From contig JAFYPA010000025.1 of NCBI GenBank assembly GCA_017560085.1, positions 1,619-65,618 on the forward strand: a DNA stretch of 64,000 nucleotides. Direction: 5' to 3'. A program made the translations under genes and the position numbers. The notes below the pieces were generated by a model. That model was not told the origin of the DNA. It made no database searches and saw nothing but the letters and a program-made list of their open reading frames with translations. Shown here piece after piece: positions 8,669 through 18,674 of this stretch; position 1 is the stretch's first letter, and the number at the start of each line of letters is the position of its first letter. This stretch comes from Clostridia bacterium. Its GTDB lineage: Bacteria; Bacillota; Clostridia; Oscillospirales; CAG-382.

Positions 8669-11263
8669 TTATTCTTCTGTTTTTTCCGATTCGGCAGACT
8701 CCGTCGGAGCTTCAGCTTCAATTGCAACCGGGTTTTCTCCGTCATTTACGTCCTCGGATTCTTCCTCGGGCTTTTCCTCTTCCTTCTTGACAACGGTGAT
8801 ACCGAAGATGGATACATTTTCGTCAACTCTCATTACCTTTACACCCTGAGTGTTTCTGGAGAGAAGCGAAATATCCTCTGTATGGATTCTGATGATTACG
8901 CCCTCGCTTGTGATAAGCATAATATCGTCGTCGTCACCAACTGCCGCGATACCGCAAAGGTTACCCGTCTTGTCTGTAAGCTTGTGACCGATAACGCCCT
9001 TACCGCCTCTGTTGTGTACGGGGAATTCTTCTGCGGATGCTCTCTTACCGAGACCCTTTTCCGTGATGGTGATGATGTTTCTCGGGTCGTTTTCCGTGAG
9101 TGCTACAGCACCTACTACATAGTCCTCCGCGCGAAGCTCGATTGCCTTAACGCCTCTTGCGGTTCTGCCTATGCTTCTTGCCTTTTCCTCGGGGAATCTT
9201 GCAACAAGACCGTCGTGGGTTGCAACGAGAATATCGCAGTCGCCCGTGGTCTTGAGAACATAGAGAAGCTCGTCGCCCTCGTCGAGGTTGATTGCGTTAA
9301 GACCGCCCTTGCGGTAGTTCTTGTATGCGGAAAGCTCGGTTCTCTTGATGATACCGTTCTTTGTTATCATTGTAAGGAAGGTCTTATCGTCAAACTCGGT
9401 TACGGATACGCTTGCGGTAAGCTTTTCGTCCTTTTCTACCTCTATGATGTTAACGATATTCGTGCCCTTTGAAGCCTTGCCGGATTCGGGGATTTCGTAG
9501 CCCTTCTTAACGTACATTCTGCCGTAGCTTGTGAACATAAGGAGATAATCGTGGCTATGCGCGATGATAACGTCCTCAACGAAGTCCTCTTCCTTGGTCT
9601 GCATACCGATAACGCCTCGTCCGCCTCTTCTCTGTGCGCTGTAGGTGTCGGCATCCATTCTCTTGATGTAGCCCTCGTGGGAAATTGTAAGCACGCAGTC
9701 ACGGCGCTCGATGAGGTCCTCTGCAACGATTTCGTTTTCAACCTGCTCGATTCTTGTTCTTCTTTCGTCGCCGTACTTTCTCTTGATTTCGAGAAGGTCG
9801 TCCTTGATGATGGCTTCAATCTTCTTTATGTCACCGAGAGTTTCGATAAGCTCTGCAATCTTGTTTCTGAGGTTTTCCATTTCCTCAAGGAGCTTGTCGA
9901 TTTCAAGACCGGAAAGTCGTCCGAGGGGCATCTGAACGATTTCCTGCGCCTGAATTTCGGAGAGCTCGAATCTTTCGATAAGGGAGGCTCTTGCATCGGG
10001 AATGGTCTTGGATGCTCTGATTATCTTGATTACCTCGTCGATGTTGTCAATGGCAATCTTGAGACCCTCCAATATGTGCATTCTCTTCTGAGCCTTGTCA
10101 AGGTCGTAGCGGAGTCTTCTTGTAACTACGTCAACCTGATGGTCAATGTAGTGACGGAGCATCTGCTTAAGGTTGAGTGTCTTGGGCTCACCACCTACAA
10201 GTGCAAGCATATTCACCGCAAAGGTGTCCTGAAGGGGGCTGTACTTATAGAGCTGATTGAGAACAAGCTGAGGATTTGCATCACGGCGAAGGGAGATAAC
10301 AACCTTGGTACCGTTTCTCATATCGGAAATATCGTTGATATCGGTAATGCCCTCAATCTTCTTGTCCTTTACGAGGTCCGCAATTGCCATAACAATGGCA
10401 CTCTTTCTCTGCATATAGGGGATTTCCGAAACTATAATGCTTGTCTTGCCCTTCTTTTCCTCGAATTCGCACTTTGCACGAACGGGAATTTTGCCTCGAC
10501 CCGTCATATAAGCCTCGTAAATGCCGTTGATACCGTAAATTGTACCGCCCGTCGGGAAGTCGGGACCCTTTATGAAGTTCATAAGGTCCATAATCTCGGC
10601 ATCGGGGTTGTCTATAAGGTGAATCGCACCGTCAATTACTTCATTAAGATTGTGAGGAGGAATGTTTGTAGCCATACCTACCGCAATACCAACCGTACCG
10701 TTTACGAGAAGGTTGGGGAATCTTGAGGGAAGAACCGTAGGCTCCTGCTCCTTGTTATCGAAGTTGGGCATAAAGTCAACTACATTCTTGTCAAGGTCGG
10801 TAACCATTTCGTCCGCCATTCTTGCAAGTCTTGCTTCTGTATAACGGTAAGCAGCCGCGCCGTCACCGTCGATATTACCGAAGTTACCGTGACCGTCAAC
10901 AAGGGGATAACGGAGTGAGAAGGGCTGTGCAAGTCTTACCATTGCATCGTATACCGCACTGTCACCGTGAGGATGATAGTGACCGATTACGTAACCTACG
11001 GTGGTTGCGGACTTACGGAAGGGCTTGCTGTGTGTGAGGCCGTCCTCGTACATGGAGTAGAGGATTCTTCTGTGTACGGGCTTAAGACCATCACGGACAT
11101 CGGGAAGTGCTCTGTCTACGATAACCGACATCGCATAGTCCATAAAGGAGGTTCTTACCTCGCGGGAGATTTCTACGTCTACTATTTTATCGTTCTTGTG
11201 GTATTCTGCCGTGGGCATTTCCTCTGCATTTACCATGCCTTCGTTGTTGATGTTTTCGCTCAT
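8669..11263 (-). CDS. gyrA: DNA gyrase subunit A
   Basis: [33 protein letters not shown], GyrA-box QRRGGRG, C-terminal pinwheel repeats. Confidence 0.97.
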   Translation of the reverse strand: MSENINNEGMVNAEEMPTAEYHKNDKIVDVEISREVRTSFMDYAMSVIVDRALPDVRDGLKPVHRRILYSMYEDGLTHSKPFRKSATTVGYVIGHYHPHGDSAVYDAMVRLAQPFSLRYPLVDGHGNFGNIDGDGAAAYRYTEARLARMADEMVTDLDKNVVDFMPNFDNKEQEPTVLPSRFPNLLVNGTVGIAVGMATNIPPHNLNEVIDGAIHLIDNPDAEIMDLMNFIKGPDFPTGGTIYGINGIYEAYMTGRGKIPVRAKCEFEEKKGKTSIIVSEIPYMQRKSAIVMAIADLVKDKKIEGITDINDISDMRNGTKVVISLRRDANPQLVLNQLYKYSPLQDTFAVNMLALVGGEPKTLNLKQMLRHYIDHQVDVVTRRLRYDLDKAQKRMHILEGLKIAIDNIDEVIKIIRASKTIPDARASLIERFELSEIQAQEIVQMPLGRLSGLEIDKLLEEMENLRNKIAELIETLGDIKKIEAIIKDDLLEIKRKYGDERRTRIEQVENEIVAEDLIERRDCVLTISHEGYIKRMDADTYSAQRRGGRGVIGMQTKEEDFVEDVIIAHSHDYLLMFTSYGRMYVKKGYEIPESGKASKGTNIVNIIEVEKDEKLTASVSVTEFDDKTFLTMITKNGIIKRTELSAYKNYRKGGLNAINLDEGDELLYVLKTTGDCDILVATHDGLVARFPEEKARSIGRTARGVKAIELRAEDYVVGAVALTENDPRNIITITEKGLGKRASAEEFPVHNRGGKGVIGHKLTDKTGNLCGIAAVGDDDDIMLITSEGVIIRIHTEDISLLSRNTQGVKVMRVDENVSIFGITVVKKEEEKPEEESEDVNDGENPVAIEAEAPTESAESEKTEE

Positions 11264-11331
11264 CTTTCTGTTTCCTTTTCGTATAATGTATTTTTAGTTG
11301 TTTATGTACGCTAAAATCACGGGGGAATTCA

Positions 11332-13260
11332 TCAGCCCTCGACGATTTCCGTCTGTGCGGGTGCCTGTGTGCCCTCGTTTGCTTCGGAATCAGCATTCTT
11401 CTCTGCCTCGAGCTCTGCCTGATTTTCCGCTTCCTTTTCGGCACGGAGCTCTTCCTTTATCTTTGCGGCCTCCGCAGCCTGCCATTCATTGTACATTGCG
11501 GTTATCTTTTTGTTTTCCTTTTCAAGCTCGCTTACACGGCGCTTTGCCTGGCTTCTTGAGGAGAGTGCAAACTCCGCTACATCAAGCTGGGAATCGTAGT
11601 AATAATAGTAGTTTTCATATGTCTGCGTAAGACGGTTCAACGACTCAAGCGTTTTTTCCGTTACGGGCTCCTTGTCATTTCGCTGTGTGTACACAAGGAA
11701 CGCCTTGAGTGCGGCATCGGTAACGGTATCGTATTTTCCGCTGATATGACCGGGAGCCATAAATCCGCAGATGGTAAGTCGCTCCTGAAGTGCATAAACT
11801 CCGTCAGACTCTGCGCCCTCTGTAAGGAATTGCAGTGCATCCGCCGTAAGCTCCTTTTCGGGAGCCTTGAATTCGCCCCTTCTCATAGTGATGTCTATCT
11901 CAACATCGGGAGTAAGACCCACATTGTTGTACGAGCGTCCGAGCGGATCGAGCATTTCTATGGAGGTCACCGTGAACATATCTCCGTTGGTGAGTCTGTA
12001 GGACTGCTGACCTACCGCCTTTCCGTAGGTCTGTACGCCTACAATCATCGCACCGCAGTGATAGCTGAGAACAGAGCTGAAGAGCTCCGCCGCTGAGGCT
12101 GTGTACTCGTTTGTGAGAATTACTATTTTATCAAAGCTGAAGCCGTAGTCAATGCCTTGCGAGTATATGGGCTCGGGCTTGTCGTGCTGTCTTGAGTTTA
12201 TATAGTAGAGCACTCTGTCCTTGTCGGGAACTAAATAGCCTGCCATCTCCGTTGCGAACTCTATTCTTCCGCCCGAGTTATCGCGAAGGTCGATGATGAT
12301 ATTGCCGTTGCATTCCTTCTTGGCAAGGGTAAGAGCATTTCTGAAGTCCTCGCACACGGTGGACTTCGAGAAGGAGGAAATCAAAATGTAGCCGTACTTC
12401 TTTTCCTCGTTCTTTTGGTATATTACGTCGGAATGAACAACTCTGCCCATCAGCATCTTAACCGAAATGATTTCGCCGTTTCTTTCAACGTCAATGTGGA
12501 CGGGATATTCCTTTTTGCCTGACAGCTCGTTGATAATGAATTCGGGCTCGTTGGGAATTCCGAGCGAAACACCGTTTGCGTCAAACAGCTCCTCGCCGAC
12601 ATAAGGAAGGTGCTTGAGAAGGAAGTTCACGCTGTCAATAGTAAGTCCTTCTACGGGAATGCCCTCAATGGTAACAATCCTGTCGCCCGCCTTAAGACCC
12701 GCATTTCCCGCGGGGGAGTTTTCGTAAATCTCGGAAAAATAAGCTCTGCCGTCGGAGCCCTGCGAGAGCAGAACACCGTATCCCCTTGTTGAGCCGTCCG
12801 AGTCAAGACCCGTACCCGCCTCGAAGTATGCACTGTATTCGTCCATTGTTCCGAGAAGCGTGTCTATAAACAGCTTCATAAGGTCGGGATTTTCCTTGAC
12901 AAGCTTCATAAAGAAGGCTTCCTTTGCCTCTTCGCTTGTGAACTCGTAAAGATGTGTGCTTGAGTAAAGGTCTATAAGCTCAAGGAGAAAGTCGTAGTTG
13001 TAGCTCGCATAATGCGAGTAGTCGGGCTTGTAGCCTGCATATACGGGGTATTTGTCATTGGGGTCGTAGCGAAGAGCGTCGGGGCTTGTCTGCGCCTCGG
13101 AGGTGCTTTCCTTTTTTGCTTCCTCGGAGGTCTCCGCAGCTGTTACCTCTGCGGTCTTACCGTCCGAATTCGCCTCGGTGTCCGAAGCGTATGCGGTGCA
13201 GGTCGAAAGAAGCACACCGCACAGAATTGCGGACAGGACTCTTTTGAGTTTAATCTTCAT
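11332..13260 (-). CDS. S41 (Ctp-type) C-terminal processing peptidase with PDZ and peptidoglycan-binding-like domains
   Basis: Signal peptide, PDZ (SPAGNAGLKAGDRI), IIDLRDNSGG, TASAAE, TYGK, GLTPDV, VYALQERL..GKYD..T..ALKAF; SD GAAAGGA before ATG 13260. Confidence 0.88.
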   Translation of the reverse strand: MKIKLKRVLSAILCGVLLSTCTAYASDTEANSDGKTAEVTAAETSEEAKKESTSEAQTSPDALRYDPNDKYPVYAGYKPDYSHYASYNYDFLLELIDLYSSTHLYEFTSEEAKEAFFMKLVKENPDLMKLFIDTLLGTMDEYSAYFEAGTGLDSDGSTRGYGVLLSQGSDGRAYFSEIYENSPAGNAGLKAGDRIVTIEGIPVEGLTIDSVNFLLKHLPYVGEELFDANGVSLGIPNEPEFIINELSGKKEYPVHIDVERNGEIISVKMLMGRVVHSDVIYQKNEEKKYGYILISSFSKSTVCEDFRNALTLAKKECNGNIIIDLRDNSGGRIEFATEMAGYLVPDKDRVLYYINSRQHDKPEPIYSQGIDYGFSFDKIVILTNEYTASAAELFSSVLSYHCGAMIVGVQTYGKAVGQQSYRLTNGDMFTVTSIEMLDPLGRSYNNVGLTPDVEIDITMRRGEFKAPEKELTADALQFLTEGAESDGVYALQERLTICGFMAPGHISGKYDTVTDAALKAFLVYTQRNDKEPVTEKTLESLNRLTQTYENYYYYYDSQLDVAEFALSSRSQAKRRVSELEKENKKITAMYNEWQAAEAAKIKEELRAEKEAENQAELEAEKNADSEANEGTQAPAQTEIVEG

Positions 13261-14170
13261 TTTCGTTGTTCCTTTCATTGGGGTTTTCTCCGTTGTCGGC
13301 TTCGGGATTTTTCGCGTCCGTGATTTCCTCCATCACGCCGTCGCCGTTTTCCTTGAAGCGGAGCCTTGCGTTGCCGTCATCGTCGTACACGGTATAAACG
13401 GTTTCGCTCGGCTTGCATTTTGATTTACTGAGTGTAAGCTCTATTCGGGTCTGCTCGTAAAGAGCACCGCACGACCTTGACTCATAAGAGAGCACGAGGC
13501 TTCCGCCGTCAAGACCTATGCTTTCGTCAAGTGCGGTTATCTGATGCTCGGTTGTCACAAGAACGGGGTCTATCTTCTGCTTCACGCAGGAGTCGATAAG
13601 CGGGGTGTAGTGATGCCCCGTAAATATCCCCCTTTTGAGAAACAGACTGCCGTACTCACCGTCAATGCCCTCAAGCAGAATTTCTCCGCCCTCGGAAAAC
13701 AGTGTGATTACCGACCGTGCATCAATATTTATTTTGCGGAAGTCCTCGCACTGGGTATACAGAAGAATTCCGTATCTTTCATCGTCAAGCGGAATAGGAT
13801 GCTCGGGGCTGTATCTCTCGGGATAGAAGCCCTGCTCCGTGTAAAGCTCGGTGTTGGCGTTCAGCCTTCGCACCGTTTTGAAATAGGGACTGAACCTTGT
13901 GGGCGAGCGCTCGTTCCGTCTGGGGTCGAATTCCCAGAATTCCTCGTTGTACGGTGCCTTCACGCCGATTTGCTCACGGTAAGCCTCGAAGGAATACTCG
14001 GGCTCGAAGGAGGTGCGCTCGATTCTGAGCTTATAAAAAAGACAGCATCCCTCAAGCATTACGGTTTTTTCGCCGCCTGCCGTGGAAATTACCGTTCTTT
14101 CACGGAAAACATCCGTGATATCCGATGCGGTGTCGTCGTGAAACACCGTATCTTCGTTTGAATATGCCAT
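13250..14170 (-). CDS. Hypothetical protein, probably an extended DUF1934 family member
   Basis: C-terminal beta-rich region ..ALDESIGLDGGSLVLSY.. resembles DUF1934; lies directly behind murI. Confidence 0.55.
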   Translation of the reverse strand: MAYSNEDTVFHDDTASDITDVFRERTVISTAGGEKTVMLEGCCLFYKLRIERTSFEPEYSFEAYREQIGVKAPYNEEFWEFDPRRNERSPTRFSPYFKTVRRLNANTELYTEQGFYPERYSPEHPIPLDDERYGILLYTQCEDFRKINIDARSVITLFSEGGEILLEGIDGEYGSLFLKRGIFTGHHYTPLIDSCVKQKIDPVLVTTEHQITALDESIGLDGGSLVLSYESRSCGALYEQTRIELTLSKSKCKPSETVYTVYDDDGNARLRFKENGDGVMEEITDAKNPEADNGENPNERNNENED

Positions 14171-14216
14171 TTATTATGTTCCTTTTACTTTTCGTTTCTG
14201 TTGGTTTCTGCCGATA

Positions 14217-15104
14217 TTACTTTGCACCGCCGACCCTCAGCACCTCCGAGGGCTTCTGTGCGGTTATGTCTATACGGGTTACACCCGAAATGCTTCTGCC
14301 GAGGAAGCGGGAGGCGATTTCCGTAAAGTTCTGCGTTTCGTCGCTGACAAAGAAGGAGGAGCCGCCGTCCTTACCGTCGGAAAGTGCCTCGTCTTTTGTC
14401 ATTTTGTCCTTTATGGCCTCCGCGGCACAGCCGCCCGCATCGATTATACAGGGGCAATAGCCGAGCACCTCACGGCAGGCTCTTTCTATGTTGCTTCGGA
14501 TAATCGGGTAATGTGTACAGCCGAGAATAAGGCTTGCGGGAGCAAAGTCGGAAAGCTTTGCGATATACTCCTTCGCGATTTCCACGGTAATCATATTGCC
14601 GTCGCCGATATATCCGTTTTCCACCAGCGGAACGAACATCGGGCAAGCAACCGTCACGACATTGAAGTCGGGGTTGGTTCTTTTGATTTCCGCTTCATAA
14701 GCGCCGTTCTTTGCGGTCGCCTGAGTACCGAGCACAGCGATATTCCCCTTTTTGCCGAAGGGATGGCTCTGTGCCGCCTCGCAGGCCTTTCTGCAGGCGG
14801 GAGTCACGACGCCGACAATGGGCACGTCCGTCATGGAAGCGAGTGTAGGCATAGCAATGGAGCTTACCGTACCGCAGGCGATAAGCACCGCCTTCACATC
14901 CTTACGGATAAGAAAGGCGAGGTCGTCCATGGAATACTTAACAATAGTTTCCCCCGACCTTGTACCGTAGGGAACTCTGCCCGTATCGCCGAAGTATATT
15001 ATTTTCTCCCCGGGCAGAATCCTTTCAAGCACTCTGACGGATGTAAGTCCGCCGAGTCCCGAATCGAAAACGCCGATGGGTCTGTTATCGAAATTATTAC
15101 TCAT
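14217..15104 (-). CDS. murI: Glutamate racemase
   Basis: IGVFDSGLGG, GDTGRVPYG, ACGT, LGCTHYP. Confidence 0.96.
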   Translation of the reverse strand: MSNNFDNRPIGVFDSGLGGLTSVRVLERILPGEKIIYFGDTGRVPYGTRSGETIVKYSMDDLAFLIRKDVKAVLIACGTVSSIAMPTLASMTDVPIVGVVTPACRKACEAAQSHPFGKKGNIAVLGTQATAKNGAYEAEIKRTNPDFNVVTVACPMFVPLVENGYIGDGNMITVEIAKEYIAKLSDFAPASLILGCTHYPIIRSNIERACREVLGYCPCIIDAGGCAAEAIKDKMTKDEALSDGKDGGSSFFVSDETQNFTEIASRFLGRSISGVTRIDITAQKPSEVLRVGGAK

Positions 15105-15170
15105 ATCAAAGTCCTTTCGGAGTATGTGGTCTTGTAACGTTACATTATAATTATATAATAGACCATTATG

Positions 15171-15199
15171 ATTATATCACACAAAAAGAGATTTGTCAA
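15171..15199 (-). promoter_or_regulatory. Consensus sigmaA promoter of the murI operon
   Basis: Minus strand TTGACA-N17-TATAAT with extended -10 TG. Confidence 0.75.
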
Positions 15200-15360
15200 A
15201 CAAATAAGGCGTTTTAGGGGCGAAATAAGGGTGGTTTGGGGTAAAATTCACTTTTCGTTAATAATTTGTGTGGGGATATATGGCGGAAAGGGGCGAAAAT
15301 GGGTGAATTTGATATTGGGGTGGAAAGAATTCATAAATTGAGAGGAGGGAGCATAGGATT

Positions 15361-15921
15361 GAATGCATAATCAAGACTGCTTCGCAGTCTTTTGAAGAAT
15401 CCTGCGGATTCTTCTCGCAAGTTCAAAACTCGGAATTCGGAATTGAGGATGATTGCAGGGAATTCTATGAATTCTTTGTAATCTTCAAATAATTAAATTG
15501 GAATTTATAGGGGACAGGAACTAGGAACTAGGGGCTAGGGAAGGTTGGAAGCTTCGCTTCCTTCGTTTAAATTTAAATTGTTGTTTGTCGGTGAGGTTGC
15601 GGGTACGGATTGTAGGGCGCGACGACGAAGACCGCTTGCGGTCTTTTGCGCGCCGTTACCTTGCCGTTTATGCACACCTTGGATTAACAAACCGAATTTC
15701 AAAATATAATTGGATTTGTGCACCCTCAGGCAATCGTGCAAATTACTACCATTGCGATTCCTGCCACGGCGTGCCGAGGTTGAAGAATTCGGAGAATTCT
15801 TTAAAGATTGCAAGCAATCTTTGTCGTCACGCCCTACATTGTTGCGGTGCGTCTTCCCAACAAACCCAAATTTGAAGATTCCGAATTTCAAAAACTGCTT
15901 CACAGTCTTGACTGTGCATTC
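15361..15921. repeat. Nested palindromic composite element with an inner GTAG REP-like doublet
   Basis: Outer imperfect IR 15361-15396 / 15887-15921; inner inverted TGTAGGGCG(C/T)GACGAC..CGCCGT copies at 15611-15656 and 15766-15838. Confidence 0.8.
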
Positions 15922-15967
15922 CGCATCATCTCTTCCCCCTCCATAAAAAAGAAAGGAGCGTGATATT

Positions 15968-17500
15968 ATGCCACCCGAAAGAGTCAGAGCTTCGGGGAGA
16001 AATCTCAAGGTTTCTCTTGCGGGGCATTTAGGGGTTGTGGTGTTCAATTTTATAACAAGAAGAATGTTTCTGGGTCTGCTGGGAAGCGAGTGCACGGGGT
16101 TTGCAGGGCTTTGTGCTCATATACTTAATCTATTGTCGTTGCTTGAGCCGGGATTCGATGCGGCTTGTACCTTTTACCTCTATAAGCCGCTCGCCCGTGA
16201 GGACTATGAGCTTGCTTCTCAGATTGCTCGGTACCTTCGCAGTGTTTACATAAAAATCTGCCTGCTGACCGTGGCGGTCGGGGTATTGCTTTCACCCGTG
16301 GCTCTTGCACTTTCGGGGGACGGACTTGAAACCGAGTTCGCGCTGGCGGTTTATTGGCTCATTCTTGCGGAGGGGGCTATGTCGTTTTTGCTTACGCACA
16401 GACGGATTCTGCCCTTTGCCGACCAGAAGGGATATGTCGTTACGGGGTACGGATATGTCACCTTTATACTCTCGCGGTTCGTTCAGCTTGCGGTACTGCT
16501 TTATTCACGAAATTATATCGCTTACCTATTTTCGGGCATCATCGCAGGTCTTGTGGGCGAACTCGCTCTTTATAAAAAAATCGGCAGAATGTACCCTTTA
16601 CTGAAGGCTAAAAGCCGTCCGCCCGAAACCGAACACAGAAATGCGATAAAATCCAAGGTCCGCTCTCTGTTCTTCTGTAAGGTCGGCTCGATTCTGTGCA
16701 GCTCTACCGATAATATGGCGGTCTTTGCGTTCCTCGGACTTTCCGCGGGAGCGGAATACTCCAATTATACCATGCTCACGGGAACCTGCCTCGCCTTTGT
16801 GGCAATCACAACAGGTGCCGTGTCCGCAAGCGTCGGAAATCTCGGCGCTACAAGTGGCTCGGCACGAATGAAAAAGGTGTTCGGGACGGTGTATTTTGCA
16901 GTGTTCGTGCTGGCATCCTTCTTCGCTCAGGCTCTGTTCTTTGCCTGCCCGATGATTGTCGGGGCGTGGGTCGGCGCGGATATGATTCTGCCTACCATAA
17001 CTACGGCTCTTTTCTGTCTGCAGATGCTCGTAAGCTCCGTCCGAAAGCCCGTGGGCGTGTTCCTTGACGGCTTCGGTCTTTTTGAGAAGGAAAAATATAA
17101 ATCCCTTGCCGAGGGCGGAATTACTCTTGTTGCAACGCTTGTGCTCGCTCCGAGATACGGAATCGCGGGCGTCGTGCTCGGTCAGCTGTGTGCCTCGCTC
17201 GGATTTTCCTTTTTCTTCGAGGCGTACATACTTTACAGATACGGCTTCGGTGCGGGCTTTTCGGAATTTCTCCGTACGAGCGTGAAATATTGCTCGGCGT
17301 TCTTTTTGTCCCTCGGGCTTTCAGCCGTGATTTTTACCGTTTTCGGAGGGCACTTCCACGGAATAAGCGGAATTGTGTTTGCCCTTGCCGAGTGCGGATT
17401 CTCCGTTGGAGCGGTGTTCTCCGTTCTGTTTTTCGACTGCGAGTGTTTCAGGCAGAGCGGAAGGTATTTTCGGAAAATGATGGGGTCGGCGGACGGGTAA
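15968..17500 (+). CDS. Oligosaccharide flippase / MOP-superfamily exporter (Wzx-like)
   Basis: 12-14 TM helices, LYKPLA..D, DQKGY, STDN, ASVGNL; SD GAAAGGAG. Confidence 0.8.
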   Translation: MPPERVRASGRNLKVSLAGHLGVVVFNFITRRMFLGLLGSECTGFAGLCAHILNLLSLLEPGFDAACTFYLYKPLAREDYELASQIARYLRSVYIKICLLTVAVGVLLSPVALALSGDGLETEFALAVYWLILAEGAMSFLLTHRRILPFADQKGYVVTGYGYVTFILSRFVQLAVLLYSRNYIAYLFSGIIAGLVGELALYKKIGRMYPLLKAKSRPPETEHRNAIKSKVRSLFFCKVGSILCSSTDNMAVFAFLGLSAGAEYSNYTMLTGTCLAFVAITTGAVSASVGNLGATSGSARMKKVFGTVYFAVFVLASFFAQALFFACPMIVGAWVGADMILPTITTALFCLQMLVSSVRKPVGVFLDGFGLFEKEKYKSLAEGGITLVATLVLAPRYGIAGVVLGQLCASLGFSFFFEAYILYRYGFGAGFSEFLRTSVKYCSAFFLSLGLSAVIFTVFGGHFHGISGIVFALAECGFSVGAVFSVLFFDCECFRQSGRYFRKMMGSADG

Positions 17501-17505
17501 ATGTA

Positions 17506-17534
17506 TTGACATTTTCAATTACATATATTATAAT
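17506..17534 (+). promoter_or_regulatory. Perfect sigmaA promoter for the RyR-domain gene
   Basis: TTGACA-N17-TATAAT. Confidence 0.8.
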
Positions 17535-17605
17535 GTATTTACAAACCCGTTCGTGAAAATCGGATTTCCGAGGCTCGGAACGAACTAAAAGGAAAGGTAT
17601 TACCC

Positions 17606-17899
17606 ATGTACACCCCCACCCCCATAGACACAACCGACATATCCCTGCCCGAGGAGCTTTTATCCCTTCGTGAGCAAATCGCAAAGAATGTCCACGAAGC
17701 CTGGGCGAAGGGAAGAATTGACGACGGCTGGAGCTACGGCGAAAAAAGAGACGATGCAAACAAAAAGCATCCCTGCCTCGTCCCCTATGACGAGCTCCCC
17801 GAAAGCGAAAAGGACTACGACAGACGAACCGCCTTCGAAACCCTGAAGCTTGTTATCGCTCTGGGCTACGAAATAAAAAGGACGGAAAAGAACGGCTGA
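17606..17899 (+). CDS. Stand-alone RyR (ryanodine receptor repeat) domain protein
   Basis: YTPTPIDT..L..EQIAKNVHEAWA..RI..GWSYGEKRDD..KKHPCLVPYDELPESEKDYDR. Confidence 0.92.
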   Translation: MYTPTPIDTTDISLPEELLSLREQIAKNVHEAWAKGRIDDGWSYGEKRDDANKKHPCLVPYDELPESEKDYDRRTAFETLKLVIALGYEIKRTEKNG

Positions 17900-18094
17900 G
17901 TCCTTCGGATTTTTGCGGAAACAACCGTGTATTGCTTCGGCGGTGCACGGTATTTTTTGCATTTTTTGCCGTTTTCTTTATGTTTTTACAAAAAAACGCA
18001 AGGAAAAAATCCCCGCAAATGCCGTAAATTCGGGCATTTCCGCAGGGGTAAACAAAAAAATTATAAAAAAATCAAAAAAATTTGAAAAAACCTC

Positions 18095-18146
18095 TTGACA
18101 AATGAAAAAAGTTGTGGTATCATAATCGTGTACCAAAAAGGTACAC
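18095..18146 (+). promoter_or_regulatory. sigmaA promoter with probable Rrf2 operator
   Basis: TTGACA-N17-TATCAT, followed by GTGTACC-N5-GGTACAC (18128-18146) over the expected transcription start. Confidence 0.7.
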
Positions 18147-18190
18147 ATTAAACACGGCAACGAAACAACCACAGAAATGGGGAATCAGAA

Positions 18191-18607
18191 ATGCACTTTG
18201 CGCTGGAAACAGATTACGCCGTAAGAATGATAGCGGTGCTGGCGGACAGTACGCAAAGCGGAACCGAATCAATGGGTGCGGCGGCACTAGGTGAAGCGGC
18301 GTGCATTCCGAAGCCCACGGCTCTCAAGGTTTTGCGGCTTCTGAAGGACAAGGGAATAATCCACTCCACGGTGGGCTCAAGCGGAGGCTACCGACTTGCG
18401 AGAGCTCCGGGCGAAATAACACTCGCCAATGTTATAGAGGCTCTTGAGGGAAGGATAGAGATATCAAGGTGTATCTCGGACTCCTACGAGTGCTCAAGAA
18501 CAGGCTCGGAGCACGAGGGGTGCAAATTCCACCGTCTTTTCAGAGAGATGAACGACAAGCTCCGTGCAGAGCTTGACAATGTTACCTTTGAGGGTAAAAA
18601 TCTTTAG
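18191..18607 (+). CDS. Rrf2 family transcriptional regulator
   Basis: ETDYAVR, G..GGYRLAR..EITL..VIEALEG, three C-terminal Cys. Confidence 0.92.
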   Translation: MHFALETDYAVRMIAVLADSTQSGTESMGAAALGEAACIPKPTALKVLRLLKDKGIIHSTVGSSGGYRLARAPGEITLANVIEALEGRIEISRCISDSYECSRTGSEHEGCKFHRLFREMNDKLRAELDNVTFEGKNL

Positions 18608-18674
18608 TAGGTAAAAGGTAAAACCAACCTAAAATATATAAAAAATTCTATTTAAATTTTGGAGGAAGAAAGTT

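Noticed and set aside
10940-10985. Quinolone-resistance substitution in the GyrA QRDR
   Set aside because: [10 protein letters not shown] retains Ser and Asp at the positions equivalent to E. coli 83 and 87.
15535-16095. ORFs overlapping repeat regions (also 48996-49812, 58791-59448, 45576-45883, 40585-40926)
   Set aside because: They translate repeat modules (for example MHYALCIMH from heptamer runs); no HUH or DDE transposase motifs.
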